A stretch of DNA of 64,000 bases, taken from assembly GCA_964016885.1 (NCBI GenBank), contig OZ024743.1:54498001-54562000 (forward strand), given 5' to 3'. Position 1 is the first letter of the stretch. Each line of letters starts with the position of its first letter. Made by a program: the position numbers and the translations under genes. Shown one piece after another: positions 29,249 to 42,700 of the stretch. The notes under the pieces were generated by a model. That model saw only the letters and a list, made by a program, of their open reading frames with translations, had not been told where the DNA came from and did no database searches. The DNA comes from Eledone cirrhosa. Lineage: Eukaryota.

Positions 29249-30847
29249 GTAAGTCTACGCGTTTCATTCTTGTTAGAATTCATCAGGACTACATATCCAG
29301 TGCTTTCATCGAGAATGGCACAGCTAGAGACTTATAGAATACTTAGCTGTGTACAGGAACTGGTTTGAAAGAGCGGTTGCCGGTCCGGCAGAAATTAGAA
29401 ATTGGAATAAATGCTCTGAAATAGCGATATATATGTGAATATAGACATAGAATATTCGAAAATATTCTGTATGTTCATAATAAACATTTTGAAGACCTAA
29501 TCGCTATAGAATAGAATACGTCACGTATTACAATTAGATTCTCGATAAAAGCAAGGGAAGTAAGTCTACGCGTTTCATTCTTGTTAGAATTCATCAGGAC
29601 TACATATCCAGTGCTTTCATCGAGAATGGCACAGCTAGAGACTTATAGAATACTTAGCTGTGTACAGGAACTGGTTTGAAAGAGCGGTTGCCGGTCCGGC
29701 AGAAATTAGAAATTGGAATAAATGCTCTGAAATAGCGATATATATGTGAATATAGACATAGAATATTCGAAAATATTCTGTATGTTCATAATAAACATTT
29801 TGAAGACCTAATCGCTATAGAATAGAATACGTCACGTATTACAATTAGATTCTCGATAAAAGCAAGGGAAGTAAGTCTACGCGTTTCATTCTTGTTAGAA
29901 TTCATCAGGACTACATATCCAGTGCTTTCATCGAGAATGGCACAGCTAGAGACTTATAGAATACTTAGCTGTGTACAGGAACTGGTTTGAAAGAGCGGTT
30001 GCCGGTCCGGCAGAAATTAGAAATTGGAATAAATGCTCTGAAATAGCGATATATATGTGAATATAGACATAGAATATTCGAAAATATTCTGTATGTTCAT
30101 AATAAACATTTTGAAGACCTAATCGCTATAGAATAGAATACGTCACGTATTACAATTAGATTCTCGATAAAAGCAAGGGAAGTAAGTCTACGCGTTTCAT
30201 TCTTGTTAGAATTCATCAGGACTACATATCCAGTGCTTTCATCGAGAATGGCACAGCTAGAGACTTATAGAATACTTAGCTGTGTACAGGAACTGGTTTG
30301 AAAGAGCGGTTGCCGGTCCGGCAGAAATTAGAAATTGGAATAAATGCTCTGAAATAGCGATATATATGTGAATATAGACATAGAATATTCGAAAATATTC
30401 TGTATGTTCATAATAAACATTTTGAAGACCTAATCGCTATAGAATAGAATACGTCACGTATTACAATTAGATTCTCGATAAAAGCAAGGGAAGTAAGTCT
30501 ACGCGTTTCATTCTTGTTAGAATTCATCAGGACTACATATCCAGTGCTTTCATCGAGAATGGCACAGCTAGAGACTTATAGAATACTTAGCTGTGTACAG
30601 GAACTGGTTTGAAAGAGCGGTTGCCGGTCCGGCAGAAATTAGAAATTGGAATAAATGCTCTGAAATAGCGATATATATGTGAATATAGACATAGAATATT
30701 CGAAAATATTCTGTATGTTCATAATAAACATTTTGAAGACCTAATCGCTATAGAATAGAATACGTCACGTATTACAATTAGATTCTCGATAAAAGCAAGG
30801 GAAGTAAGTCTACGCGTTTCATTCTTGTTAGAATTCATCAGGACTAC
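29249..30847 (-). ncRNA. Six type I hammerheads (44 nt; start 29249, 29560, 29871, 30182, 30493, 30804)
   Basis: Reverse complement of the motif at 31294. Confidence 0.9.
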
Positions 30848-31293
30848 ATATCCAGTGCTTTCATCGAGAATGGCACAGCTAGAGACTTATAGAATACTTA
30901 GCTGTGTACAGGAACTGGTTTGAAAGAGCGGTTGCCGGTCCGGCAGAAATTAGAAATTGGAATAAATGCTCTGAAATAGCGATATATATGTGAATATAGA
31001 CATAGAATATTCGAAAATATTCTGTATGTTCATAATAAACATTTTGAAGACCTAATCGCTATAGAATAGAACTATTCTATAGCGATTAGGTCTTCAAAAT
31101 GTTTATTATGAACATACAGAATATTTTCGAATATTCTATGTCTATATTCACATATATATCGCTATTTCAGAGCATTTATTCCAATTTCTAATTTCTGCCG
31201 GACCGGCAACCGCTCTTTCAAACCAGTTCCTGTACACAGCTAAGTATTCTATAAGTCTCTAGCTGTGCCATTCTCGATGAAAGCACTGGATAT

Positions 31294-32270
31294 GTAGTCC
31301 TGATGAATTCTAACAAGAATGAAACGCGTAGACTTACTTCCCTTGCTTTTATCGAGAATCTAATTGTAATACGTGACGTATTCTATTCTATAGCGATTAG
31401 GTCTTCAAAATGTTTATTATGAACATACAGAATATTTTCGAATATTCTATGTCTATATTCACATATATATCGCTATTTCAGAGCATTTATTCCAATTTCT
31501 AATTTCTGCCGGACCGGCAACCGCTCTTTCAAACCAGTTCCTGTACACAGCTAAGTATTCTATAAGTCTCTAGCTGTGCCATTCTCGATGAAAGCACTGG
31601 ATATGTAGTCCTGATGAATTCTAACAAGAATGAAACGCGTAGACTTACTTCCCTTGCTTTTATCGAGAATCTAATTGTAATACGTGACGTATTCTATTCT
31701 ATAGCGATTAGGTCTTCAAAATGTTTATTATGAACATACAGAATATTTTCGAATATTCTATGTCTATATTCACATATATATCGCTATTTCAGAGCATTTA
31801 TTCCAATTTCTAATTTCTGCCGGACCGGCAACCGCTCTTTCAAACCAGTTCCTGTACACAGCTAAGTATTCTATAAGTCTCTAGCTGTGCCATTCTCGAT
31901 GAAAGCACTGGATATGTAGTCCTGATGAATTCTAACAAGAATGAAACGCGTAGACTTACTTCCCTTGCTTTTATCGAGAATCTAATTGTAATACGTGACG
32001 TATTCTATTCTATAGCGATTAGGTCTTCAAAATGTTTATTATGAACATACAGAATATTTTCGAATATTCTATGTCTATATTCACATATATATCGCTATTT
32101 CAGAGCATTTATTCCAATTTCTAATTTCTGCCGGACCGGCAACCGCTCTTTCAAACCAGTTCCTGTACACAGCTAAGTATTCTATAAGTCTCTAGCTGTG
32201 CCATTCTCGATGAAAGCACTGGATATGTAGTCCTGATGAATTCTAACAAGAATGAAACGCGTAGACTTAC
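31294..32270 (+). ncRNA. Four type I hammerheads (44 nt; start 31294, 31605, 31916, 32227)
   Basis: gtagtc CTGATGA attc-taacaa-gaat GAAA cgcg TA gacttac; predicted cleavage after 31330 (GUA). Confidence 0.9.
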
Positions 32271-32390
32271 TTCCCTTGCTTTTATCGAGAATCTAATTGT
32301 AATACGTGACGTATTCTATTCTATAGCGATTAGGTCTTCAAAATGTTTATTATGAACATACAGAATATTTTCGAATATTCTATGTCTATA

Positions 32391-32436
<46 letters not shown>

Positions 32437-33063
32437 GAAACAGCATAGTACCTCAGAAATATATATAATAAAATATATTTGATCACATGAATGTCTATAT
32501 TTATTAATATTTTGAATTATTATATATATATATACACATATAAATTACATATCGATCTCATTTGATGTTTATGCTGCTAGTTTAGTCGTACAGCTTTTTG
32601 TGAGTTAGTGTGTGAGCTATTTCTAGCATTAACACCACTTTAATCCTATCGAACGTTGTAATTTTATTTTTACTCTACACGTGGCTTGAGGAATGGTTGG
32701 CTGCCCGTTCTTTGGGATCTAATATTTTCTGGATTTACAAGATGCCTACTTATGATTGCCGCTTCTTTGCTTCACCATTTACCGATGTTAATGAACGGTA
32801 AACGTTGACGATATTTGCTGGCATGAAATGGTACCATATCGGCCTTATAAAACTCAGTGAATATGAAAATATAATACTTATTCCGTTTCTCGATTTTTTT
32901 AGCGTGATTATATTGTTCTCCGAAAGGTATTATAGATGTGGTTTCCTGTGATATTGGCAGTTTGTTCTGAGGTCTTGGATTTTTAGCTTCAACTCTCTCA
33001 TTGAACGATCAAAGAGTCGCATGATCGATATAATATATATCGATCTACTTTTTATATAAATGA

Positions 33064-33299
<236 letters not shown>

Positions 33300-33422
33300 A
33301 TATTAGTAGAATTTTTTTACATTACTAAATTGTAAAATTACAAAAATTACAAAAAATTAAATTGTTATAGAAAACCAATTATAAGTGAAGTCATTCTTTT
33401 CCTTTTTTCAAATATATGCATA

Positions 33423-34602
33423 TACTCGCTGAATGACCCGGCGTTGACTGGGTTACTGCTGTTCTTATTAGGATTAGTAAACAATAAATATGAAGATACA
33501 TTTTTTTACTCATAATTCTTTCAAAATATCTATATTTTATTAAAAAAATAATCTCAAAATTGTGATAATAGAATTTAGAAATGAAAATTTATCAATCTTG
33601 AAGCACCTCAGGATAAACAATATTCATTGTGTAATTTTTTGTTTGTGTCCAAATGCTTCCAACTCATGAACAACCAACGTAGAGTTGACCGTGGGTGAAG
33701 CATGTAGTGGTGAGAACAAGTCCAACTACCTTAAGAGATTGACCTTGAGATTTGTTAATTGAAATAACAAAATTTAGTTTGACTGGAAACCGAAGCCTCT
33801 TAAATTCAAATGGAACAGCTGCAGGTATGAGAGGAATTTTTAGAATAAAGACATTTTTTTTTCAATATTGTAAACAAAATAAATGTATATTGATTATTAT
33901 TTTTGTATGCAGTGTAAATTAACCAAATATTGTATTAACTGCTAATTTAATGATATGAGATATGAATATAAATGAACAAACACACATACACTCAAACAAA
34001 CATACACTTATAAAAAACACACACAGAGTTTCATACAAACACACACAGAGTTTCACCCACGAATAGACACACATACACTCACACAAACTTACAAAAACAC
34101 ACACAGACATACATTCATACAGCGTCTCATTATGTCAGTCGTCACAGAAATATATGTATACTTACACACACATACACTCTCACATACACTCACACACATA
34201 TACTTGTCAGTCATCATCATGTGTAGATGTGTGTGTATGTGTGTTTAATTCTATGTGTATCTGATTAAATATTTACGTGAAGATGTATGTGTATGTAAAT
34301 TGCTAAGGCCTAACGTGCGTAACAAACACGTGAACACACACATTCACAAACAAATGCACACTAATATACAAAATGTGACGTCGTCGTTGTAGTGTTATAA
34401 AATCTCCGTTTATTATAGTTTAACATAGTAGTTTTAGATAAAATGTTATATTGGTTTAATTCAAATGAAAATTAAAAAAATACATGTTGTTAATCCCGGC
34501 GTTTAATACCTTGTAAAATTTGATTTGATTTGGGTGAGGCATCTGAGAATGCATAAGGAAAAGACAGACAGACAGAAAGACAAAGAATTTTATATAGAGA
34601 GA
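33423..34602 (-). mobile_element. Internally deleted Helitron with a PIF1-helicase C-terminal relic (~33660-33850)
   Basis: Minus frame reads FEFKRLRFPVKL...INKSQGQSLKVVG...FTHGQLYVGCS. TC start with gtctgtct; 3' hairpin cccagtcaacgccggg. Confidence 0.8.
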
Positions 34603-34826
34603 TATGTAGTTTCATATATATATATATATATATATATATTACCGAAGGAACGACACACAGAGGTACAAAAAGTCTTATTAATTTCACGCTGTCTATGGAA
34701 AGGAATACAATGTTCGACGTGTCGGGAGTTAGCCCTTCTTCAGGGATACAGAAATAGAGACAGGATCACAAAAGATAGATACAGAAAATAAAAGGTAGTC
34801 CAAGTAAAGTAACGTATGTATGTATG

Positions 34827-35305
34827 TTCTTCTGGTTTTACAATTTTATGATTTTTTACAAATAGAGAGAGAGAGAGAGTCGGTTTCTCACATAGATACA
34901 AGACTCTCTCATTGGAATTTACACAACATCAACTAGGTAAATAGGTATGTAATTCTGCAGGCATGCATGTATGTGCAGGTATGGATGTTATTGTATGTGT
35001 GTATGTGTATGTTTTGAGTTGTATGTGTGCATGTATCTGTACATATTTACATGGAGTTATTAGATGCAGAATCTTTGGAAGTTTTTACATATTTTTACTG
35101 TTCCATTAATGGATTGTACTTGTAATTTCATAACTAGTCGTGTTCTTTCTGTTTCTGCGAAGCCAAGATTCTCAAGATTTGTACTGAAGTAGTTACTAAC
35201 ATATCCTAGTGCCCCAATAACCACAAGTATAAATCTGAAGCTATAATCAGGGTGGAGTATCTGCAGATTTCTCATTAGTTCTGCATAGATATTCTCCTTT
35301 TCGCT
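34827..35305 (-). mobile_element. 3' end of an RLE-type (R4/NeSL-like) LINE
   Basis: EKENIYAELMRNLQILHP...VVIGALG resembles a restriction-like endonuclease C-terminus; (TATG)n on both sides. Confidence 0.65.
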
Positions 35306-35340
35306 ATGTATGTATGTATGTATGTATGTATGTATGTATG

Positions 35341-37142
35341 TACAACCTGTCTCATGGTCGGGTCGTTGGCGACTAAACTGGCAACCCCACCAAGGTTTCT
35401 TGGTGAGGAGGGTGACTTTGGACATCCTGCAGGACTAAAAACAAAACCTGTCAAAGGGCAAAGGAGCTCTTAAGAGTCAATGGCCATCCAAAATCACCGG
35501 GAGAGATGACCCCTTAGCCTTTGTCAAGGCAGAATTCTAGGAGAAGGAAAACTCTGATATAACACCTGCAACCCTGATGGTATCCAATGATGTTGACTTG
35601 TTCTTCTTTTTGGTAAATATCATCTTGGTTAAGAGAGTGGGACTGGCTTTGTGCAGGGCCTTTGCTCACTATAAAAGCTTCACGGCACAGGCATTGCTTT
35701 ATATCTGGAGATCTCTCTGCACTTGTCGTCACATGGTACCATGGGCCCAGCACTATGTGTCAGTAATTGTCACAAGTGTAGTGTTTGTACCAGAGTTTTC
35801 AAGTCGCTGGCTGGACTAAAAAGTCACACTCGTTCAGCGCATCGGTAGGGGTTCTCCTACATGGATATAAAGTAGTGGCCGTACTCGAAAACGAGTTGGC
35901 AGCCACCATGTATGTATGTATGTATGTATGTATGTATGTATGTATGTATGTATGTTTGTGTCAGGTCACCACTTGGTGCTACTGGTAACATGTATCCCAG
36001 TACAACCTGTCTCATGGTCGGGTCGTTGGCGACTAAACTGGCAACCCCACCAAGGTTTCTTGGTGAGGAGGGTGATTTTGGACATCCTGCAGGACTAAAA
36101 ACAAAACCTGTCAAAGGGCTAAGGAGCTCTTAAGAGTCAATGGCCATCCAAAATCACCGGGAGAGATGACCCCTTAGCCTTTGTCAAGGCAGAATTCTAG
36201 GAGAAGGAAAACTCTGATATAACACCTGCAACCCTGATGGTATCCAATGATGTTGACTTGTTCTTCTTTTTGGTAAATATCATCTTGGTTAAGAGAGTGG
36301 GACTGGCTTTGTGCAGTGCCTTTGCTCACTATAAAAGCTTCACGGCACAGGCATTGCTTTATATCTGGAGATCTCTCTGCACTTGTCCTCACATGGTACC
36401 ATGGGCCCAGCACTATGTGTCAATAATTGTCACAAGTGTAGTGTTTGTACCAGAGTTTTCAAGTCGCTGGCTGGACTAAAAAGTCACACTCGTTCAGCGC
36501 ATTGGTAGGAGTTCTCCTACATGGATATAAAGTAGTGGCCGTACTCGAAAACGAGTTGGCAGCCACCATGTATGTATGTATGTATGTATGGATCGTATCA
36601 GGTCTCTGGTCAGTGCTACTGGTAACATGTAACCCAGTACAACCTGTGCATAGTCGGGTCGTCGGCGACTGAACCAGAAACTCTACCAAGCTTGCTTAAT
36701 GAGGGGGGTGATTATGGAAACCCCGTGGGATGAAAAACAAAACCCGTCAAAGGGCAGAGGAATTCAGGAATGTTAAAGGCTATCCAATAAAGATTTTCCT
36801 TTTTTTTGTGGAGCGAGGACTCCTAGTCTTCATTAAGACATCTCTCGGGGAGAAGGTCACTCTTATATAAAACCTGCCACATCGATTGCATCCAATAATG
36901 TAGACCAGTTCTTCTTTTTGGTTAAAGGCATTCGAAGTTCAGAGATTGGGATTGGGCCCGTGCAAAGCCTTTCCTCACTTAAAAAAAGCTTCGAGCACAG
37001 GCATTGCTTGATATGTGACGTTTTTGAGGTGCATGGTATTGCTGGCCATAGTCGAGTCCCTAGCAGGACTAAAAAGCCACGTCCATGATGCCCTTGCTTA
37101 AGTATCAAGTTATGGCATTACTCGAAATTGAGTTGCAGCCAT
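35341..37142 (+). repeat. Tandem ~660-bp non-coding element: two near-identical copies + one diverged copy
   Basis: tacaacctgtctcatggtcggg at 35341 and 36001; diverged copy from ~36600; the first two copies end in (TATG)n. Confidence 0.85.
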
Positions 37143-37346
37143 CATAGATCGGACCAAAGAAACAATGTTTTCATTGGTCTTTCTATTTCCGATACTATAA
37201 GACGGACGCATCTCCTTAGACAAGATACAAAATTAAATAAAGCTTTTCAGTCACAAACCCAATGCAATGCCCAGTGAAGTATTCGGACCTATACCCTTAT
37301 AATCATACGATTATACAACCAACATTCTAACCATTAGGCATCGTGG

Positions 37347-37422
<76 letters not shown>

Positions 37423-37877
37423 TTCCTTCGTTATATATATATAACGAAGGAAGTGTGGTAAGGAACCAGATGGAGCATAACGCACCAGAGTACTCAATAC
37501 TTAGGGTAGTAGAATGGGTAATAGGAAAATGTTTAACCCCGACAGCAGAACTCAAGCCGATTTTTAGCGTGGTAAATAAATTGATTTATTTACCACGGGG
37601 TTAAACATTTTCATATATATATATATATTATATACATACATATAAGAAATAAAATATATATATATACATATATATTATATATATATAAATATATATAAAA
37701 TATAGAGGTTTACATATACATAAACTAGACAGAGCCATATATATATATATGTTTTGGCAACCATTCACGGTGTGGCTCAATGACGAATTAATTAATTAAA
37801 TAATCAACAATCAGAGCAATATATAAGAAAGTAAGTCCATAGAATCATTTATCAAATGATTCTATGGACTTACTTCT

Positions 37878-37924
<47 letters not shown>

Positions 37925-38050
37925 TAAAATAACAGATTAAAGTTTAAGCAAAGAATCGCTGCTTTCACCCTTAACGGGATCTTCTGAAACTAAAAAAATC
38001 AATCTGGATTTTAGTCTTCAAATTTATTATTATTACTATATATATTATTA

Positions 38051-38112
<62 letters not shown>

Positions 38113-38129
38113 GCACACACACACACACA

Positions 38130-38633
38130 TAGATTGAAATTTTTGTCTGTTTGTTTGTGAACCTAAAACTAAAAAAACTATCTAACAGATCTTAATGAAA
38201 CTTGACACCGGTGTGGGGCTCATGCCAATTTGATATCTTACGTATATTTCATTTTAATCAAAGGTTTTCCCGGGGGGTCAAACCCCCGCTGTGAATCCCC
38301 GCTTAATTTTTTCCCTTCGATTTATATGAAATTTAAACTATAGGTAAATGACAAAATATGAAGCCTATTCACAAAATTTCAGCAATGAAACCCCCTAATG
38401 GGGGTTCTATTTTTTTCCTTATAGCAACACTCAACTTCTCTGACAAATATTTTATTCGTCTAACCAGTGCAATCAACAATATGTGGTTGTATTATTGTTT
38501 CGTAAATGAATTTGTTTTCGTTTCTGATTATCTGTCCTATATTTTGATTTCATTTTTGGTCTGAGAGGCATTGGGCATTTTAATGGGACTGGGAGTACCC
38601 CGGCTCCTGGGTATTACCGGGTACCTCAGCTAG
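38130..38633 (+). mobile_element. Non-autonomous Helitron
   Basis: 3' cccgg...ccggg hairpin + CTAG|T. Confidence 0.6.
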
Positions 38634-38639
38634 TATATA

Positions 38640-38845
38640 TATATAACGAAGGAAGTGGGGTAAGGAACTAGGTTGACCATAACGCACCAGAGTACTCGAT
38701 ACTTAGGGTAGTAGAGTGGGTAATAGGAAAATAGCCAGGATCCCGACGGCTAAGCTCCTTCTGTTTCGACAGCTAGATCCGAACTGTTCAGATCTAGCTG
38801 TCGAAACAGAAGGAGCTCAGCCGTCGGGGGTCCTGACTCTTTTCC

Positions 38846-38847
<2 letters not shown>
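38640..38847. repeat. Short repeat-family end with a ~124-bp hairpin (38724-38847)
   Basis: Near-perfect palindrome. Leader is shared with 37440-37530 and 52980-53078. Confidence 0.75.
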
Positions 38848-38887
<40 letters not shown>

Positions 38888-39219
38888 TTTTTTTTAAGTG
38901 GAGACAGTAAACATAAAACAAAAAAACGTGGAAGCGAAGAGGCAGTACAAATGTTATTATTAGTTTCACGCTTGAGAGTGTGTGTCTGTGTGGGCGGGGG
39001 GGGGGGGGGAGAATGAATGCAAGTTGTTAACCTTGGTCTTTTGTCATATTGAATATTAATGCTCAGCAACTTGAACTGTCTTAAACAACAAGATCTGCCG
39101 AAGACGCATTCGTCTGTTTTAAACTTGATGAACTGCAATTTTAATGTGCATAGAGCTTACCAAAGATAATAGCGAAATACTCCACTATAATCACCTATAT
39201 CATATACATATATACATAC

Positions 39220-39286
<67 letters not shown>

Positions 39287-39496
39287 TCCTCCAAAAAAAT
39301 GTATACACGCGTTGGGGAAAGATACACATATTCAGTTATTCATTAATACATTTCTTGCATCAAGATATCTCAACATCTGTTATGTTTGTGTGTGTGTACA
39401 GAGTACACACACACACGCATCGAGAAACGTGCACTCACACAGACACACAGACGCACATACATACCCCCCCCCCCCCATATATATATATATATATAT

Positions 39497-40991
39497 TAGG
39501 GTGGTCCTTAGGAAAAGGTATTTTTCGAAAGTTAAATTTACCTACTCCCATCTCGTAATCCTGTTCCAATTAACGGAAACACGGGGTGTGTAGAATTTCA
39601 GCTCAATCGTACAATTGTTAGGCGACCCTCAAACGCCTTGAAGCTGCAGCATAGTGGTATACTGTTCTCTATCTCGACCATTTTCTTTTTTCTTCTTAGA
39701 GAAATTTTTGTAGACACATCCAGGCAACCCCAGCAAATGTTTAAAAATTTTCTGAATCAAATTTTCCAATAGTTAATTTGAAACATTTTTGGAAATAACC
39801 TGAAAAACTTAAGAAACATTAGGTTTTCTTAAAGCACACAACTTCTACAAGAGAAACGCATTTTTATTTACAACAATAATTTCTATACAACCAAAAACAT
39901 GATGTGAACACTGAACACTGGATATTGAATATTATGTTTGCATAAGAGAGGATTTAGTGGCAGTTGGGTATGTTTTACGGTTTTCGGTAACGTTCTGTAA
40001 AACAAATTGTTTCTCAGCTGCATTTTTTCTGAGAATGGTATTGTAATCCTGAATGAGTTTGACACCTCATTCTGCAACATCATCTCAAGTTTTTCAAGTC
40101 CACTTTTGTAACCAGGATCATCTTTCCATGTTGAAGGGTCTTTGTTGAGGATGTCGGTGCAATTAGAAAACCTCGTGAAGAAAGTTTTTGTACCAGGAGT
40201 TATAAAAGACGAAAACTCCATGTTTGTAAAGGAAGAAATGTAGTGCAGAATGTATCTCTTCAGTTGATTTTTTTCTTCCTCTTCTTCACCTTTGTCAGCT
40301 TCCAGCATAACTTGAGCAATATTTGCCTTAACCTCTCCTTGCTCTCCTTTTCCCCCTCGCTCTCCTTGCTCTCCTTTTCTCCTTGCTCACCTTTTCCCCT
40401 TGCTCTCCTTGCTTTCCTTTTCTCCTTGCTCTCCTTGCTCTCTTTTTCTCATTGCTTTCCTTGCTCTCCTTTTATCCTTGCTCTCCTTTTCTCCTTACTC
40501 TCTTTTCTCCTTTCTCTCGCTTTCCCCTTGTATCTATGTACTTGTGTCAATACCGAGTACTAATTTCTCTCAGCTGTCAGCCACATACGGATATATGTAT
40601 GTCAGGGTGGCCCTCAGCAATAGGTAATTTTCCAAAAGTTAAAATGTTGCTGCTCCCACAGCGAAAAATAGGTGTTTGCCCTACACCTGCGCTCTGTCCC
40701 CAGCTTTGCAAGTTGCCTTCCCCATTATATTTATTGTCACTTATCCTTCTCATACCAAGAATAAGTCCGAACAAGTTTTTAATTTAAGAGAAAATTATAT
40801 AATAGATAAAAAAATTTTATCTGAAAAAATGACTTTCCGGGCGAAAACTTCAAAATTTCACGGTCGATGAGGATTGCTTTGCAGTTGTTCGCTTGAGGTA
40901 AAGTTTTGCATAGATCTGTTTTTGTTAATTGGAACAGGGAGGGGGGGGGGGGGCTAAACTTTTAGAAAGTTGAAACATAAGGGCCATCCTA
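39497..40991 (-). mobile_element. Internally deleted hAT-superfamily (hATm-like) DNA transposon
   Basis: Imperfect TIRs TAGGGTGG.../...CCATCCTA, 8-bp atatatat on both sides, transposase C-terminal relic at ~39950-40320 (WKDDPGY...GVKLIQDYN...QFVLQ). Confidence 0.7.
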
Positions 40992-41377
40992 ATATATATA
41001 CATGATCACTGCAATTCGATTTCGAGTAATGCCATCGCTTGATACTTAAGCATGGGCATTACAGACGCGGCTTTTTAATCCTGTTAGGGACTGCCGTATG
41101 GCCAGCAATAACATTCTGGTGTCCCACAATGCTGCAAATTTTGCGAAGAAATACTTAAGTTTGTGACCGGATTCAAACCTGGTTGTATATGTTTAAGTCT
41201 GCATATGCATATGTAGATTATTTATAGGTATACGTATATGTATATGTATAAGCATATGTATATTTTTAAGCGTCTATATGTATACGTAGATAAATAAGCA
41301 TATGTATATTTTTAAGTCTCTATATGTATAAGTAGATAAATAAGCATATGTATATATTCAAGTATGAAATTTGTAAT

Positions 41378-41607
41378 GTAGTCGTCCCAATGTGAATGAT
41401 TATAGGTACAGTCGACCACTACAAATAATATTTAAGAAAATATCGTAAAGACTTCAGGGGACGGAAAAAGTGGTACTTTGAGATCCCCTTCTTCGCAGAC
41501 ACCTCTCTCTACTTTTATCCGTCTCCAGGGGTACTTTATCCGATCTTCTCAGCTATTATTTATAGTGATTCACTGTTATTATAGTCATTGACATTGGGAC
41601 GACTACA
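41378..41607. repeat. Old diverged inverted repeat
   Basis: tgtagtcgtcccaatgt ... acattgggacgactaca. Confidence 0.6.
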
Positions 41608-42374
41608 CCTCAGTTATCAAAATCCCCTTATGTCTATTAAGTCAACCAGATGTGGATAACTAAGTTTATGTATACGTATATATAGAAAAGTATCTATATG
41701 CACAAATAAATGTATAAATATATGTATGCATATACAAATATATATTTATATATATATGTATATGTAAATGTAAATACATATGTATAAGCATGTATATGTA
41801 TGTATATATGTCTAAATATGTATTAAGCATATATAAATATATGCATATATAAATTTGTATATGTATAACGCATACATGAATATATATGTATAAGCATGCA
41901 TAAGTATGCATATGTAAATGCATATCTATAAGCTTGTATATGTATGTATACGTCTAAATATGTATATAGCAAGTGGCGGTCCGACCGGACCAAAGAAACA
42001 ATGTTTCCATTGGTCTGTCCATTACCGATACTAGTGAGGGAGAATATAATCTGGTTTGGGATACCTTGTCAGGGAAGAGAAGAACACTGATAGGTGTGGG
42101 ATGTGGCTTTTATTCTAGATTCATTTCGTTAAAAGCTGACAGGATGGTAGAGTGAATATTGAGATGTTTACGATGATTGTTTCTGACATTCTTCCTCTTA
42201 TACTTATTCCTCCTCCTCCTCCTCCTCCTCCTCCTCGTCATCATCACCATCATCATCTTCGCCCCTTCCCCTCCCCTTCTTCTTCTTCTTCTTCTTCTTC
42301 TTCTTCTTCTTCTTCTTCTTCTTCTTCTTCTTCTTCTTCTTCTTCTTCTTCTTCTTCTTCGTCTTCTTCGCCAA

Positions 42375-42700
42375 CTTATTCCTGGGAGGGTCGTAAGCCA
42401 GAGACTTCAAACATGTCTCCCAGTGGGTTCTTTCGGAAACAACCTTCTCCAATTGATCTGGCTGGATCCCACAAGCGTGACTTGCCGGGCTCATGGATGT
42501 TATCCAATCATCTTGCTAGGGATCTACTTCCGGGTTTCATGCTAATTGCTTTTTCCCGTAAAACCTGTCCAGGGGACTTATAACTTGTGTCCGTAATTTT
42601 AAATAGAAAGGGTTTGCTTCTCTATATTGAGTATTCGATCAACTATGTGTAACTCCTATTGCTAAACCCACATTCTGCGATATTGGCTATACCTACAAAC
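42375..42700 (-). mobile_element. RTE-like LINE 3' fragment with (GAA)n tail; homologues at 49570-49800 (+) and 60540-60795 (+)
   Basis: GIQPDQLE motif shared; GRRTRGRPR in the 49570 copy. Confidence 0.65.

Larger units (their letters stand above)
29091..32394. mobile_element. Palindromic tandem array of a 311-bp hammerhead-containing monomer (retrozyme-like)
   Basis: Unit starts at 29091, 29402, 29713, 30024, 30335, 30646, 30957; inversion at 31070/31071; ~4.25 inverted units to 32394; (TA)n on both flanks. Confidence 0.95.

Noticed and set aside
29091-32394. CRISPR array or ordinary satellite
   Set aside because: No unique spacers; whole units repeat, eukaryotic context, and each unit has a ribozyme core
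34716-34743. Minus-strand hammerhead-like CTGAAGA...GACA cgtc
   Set aside because: GAAA is mutated and stem I is poor; at best a dead relic
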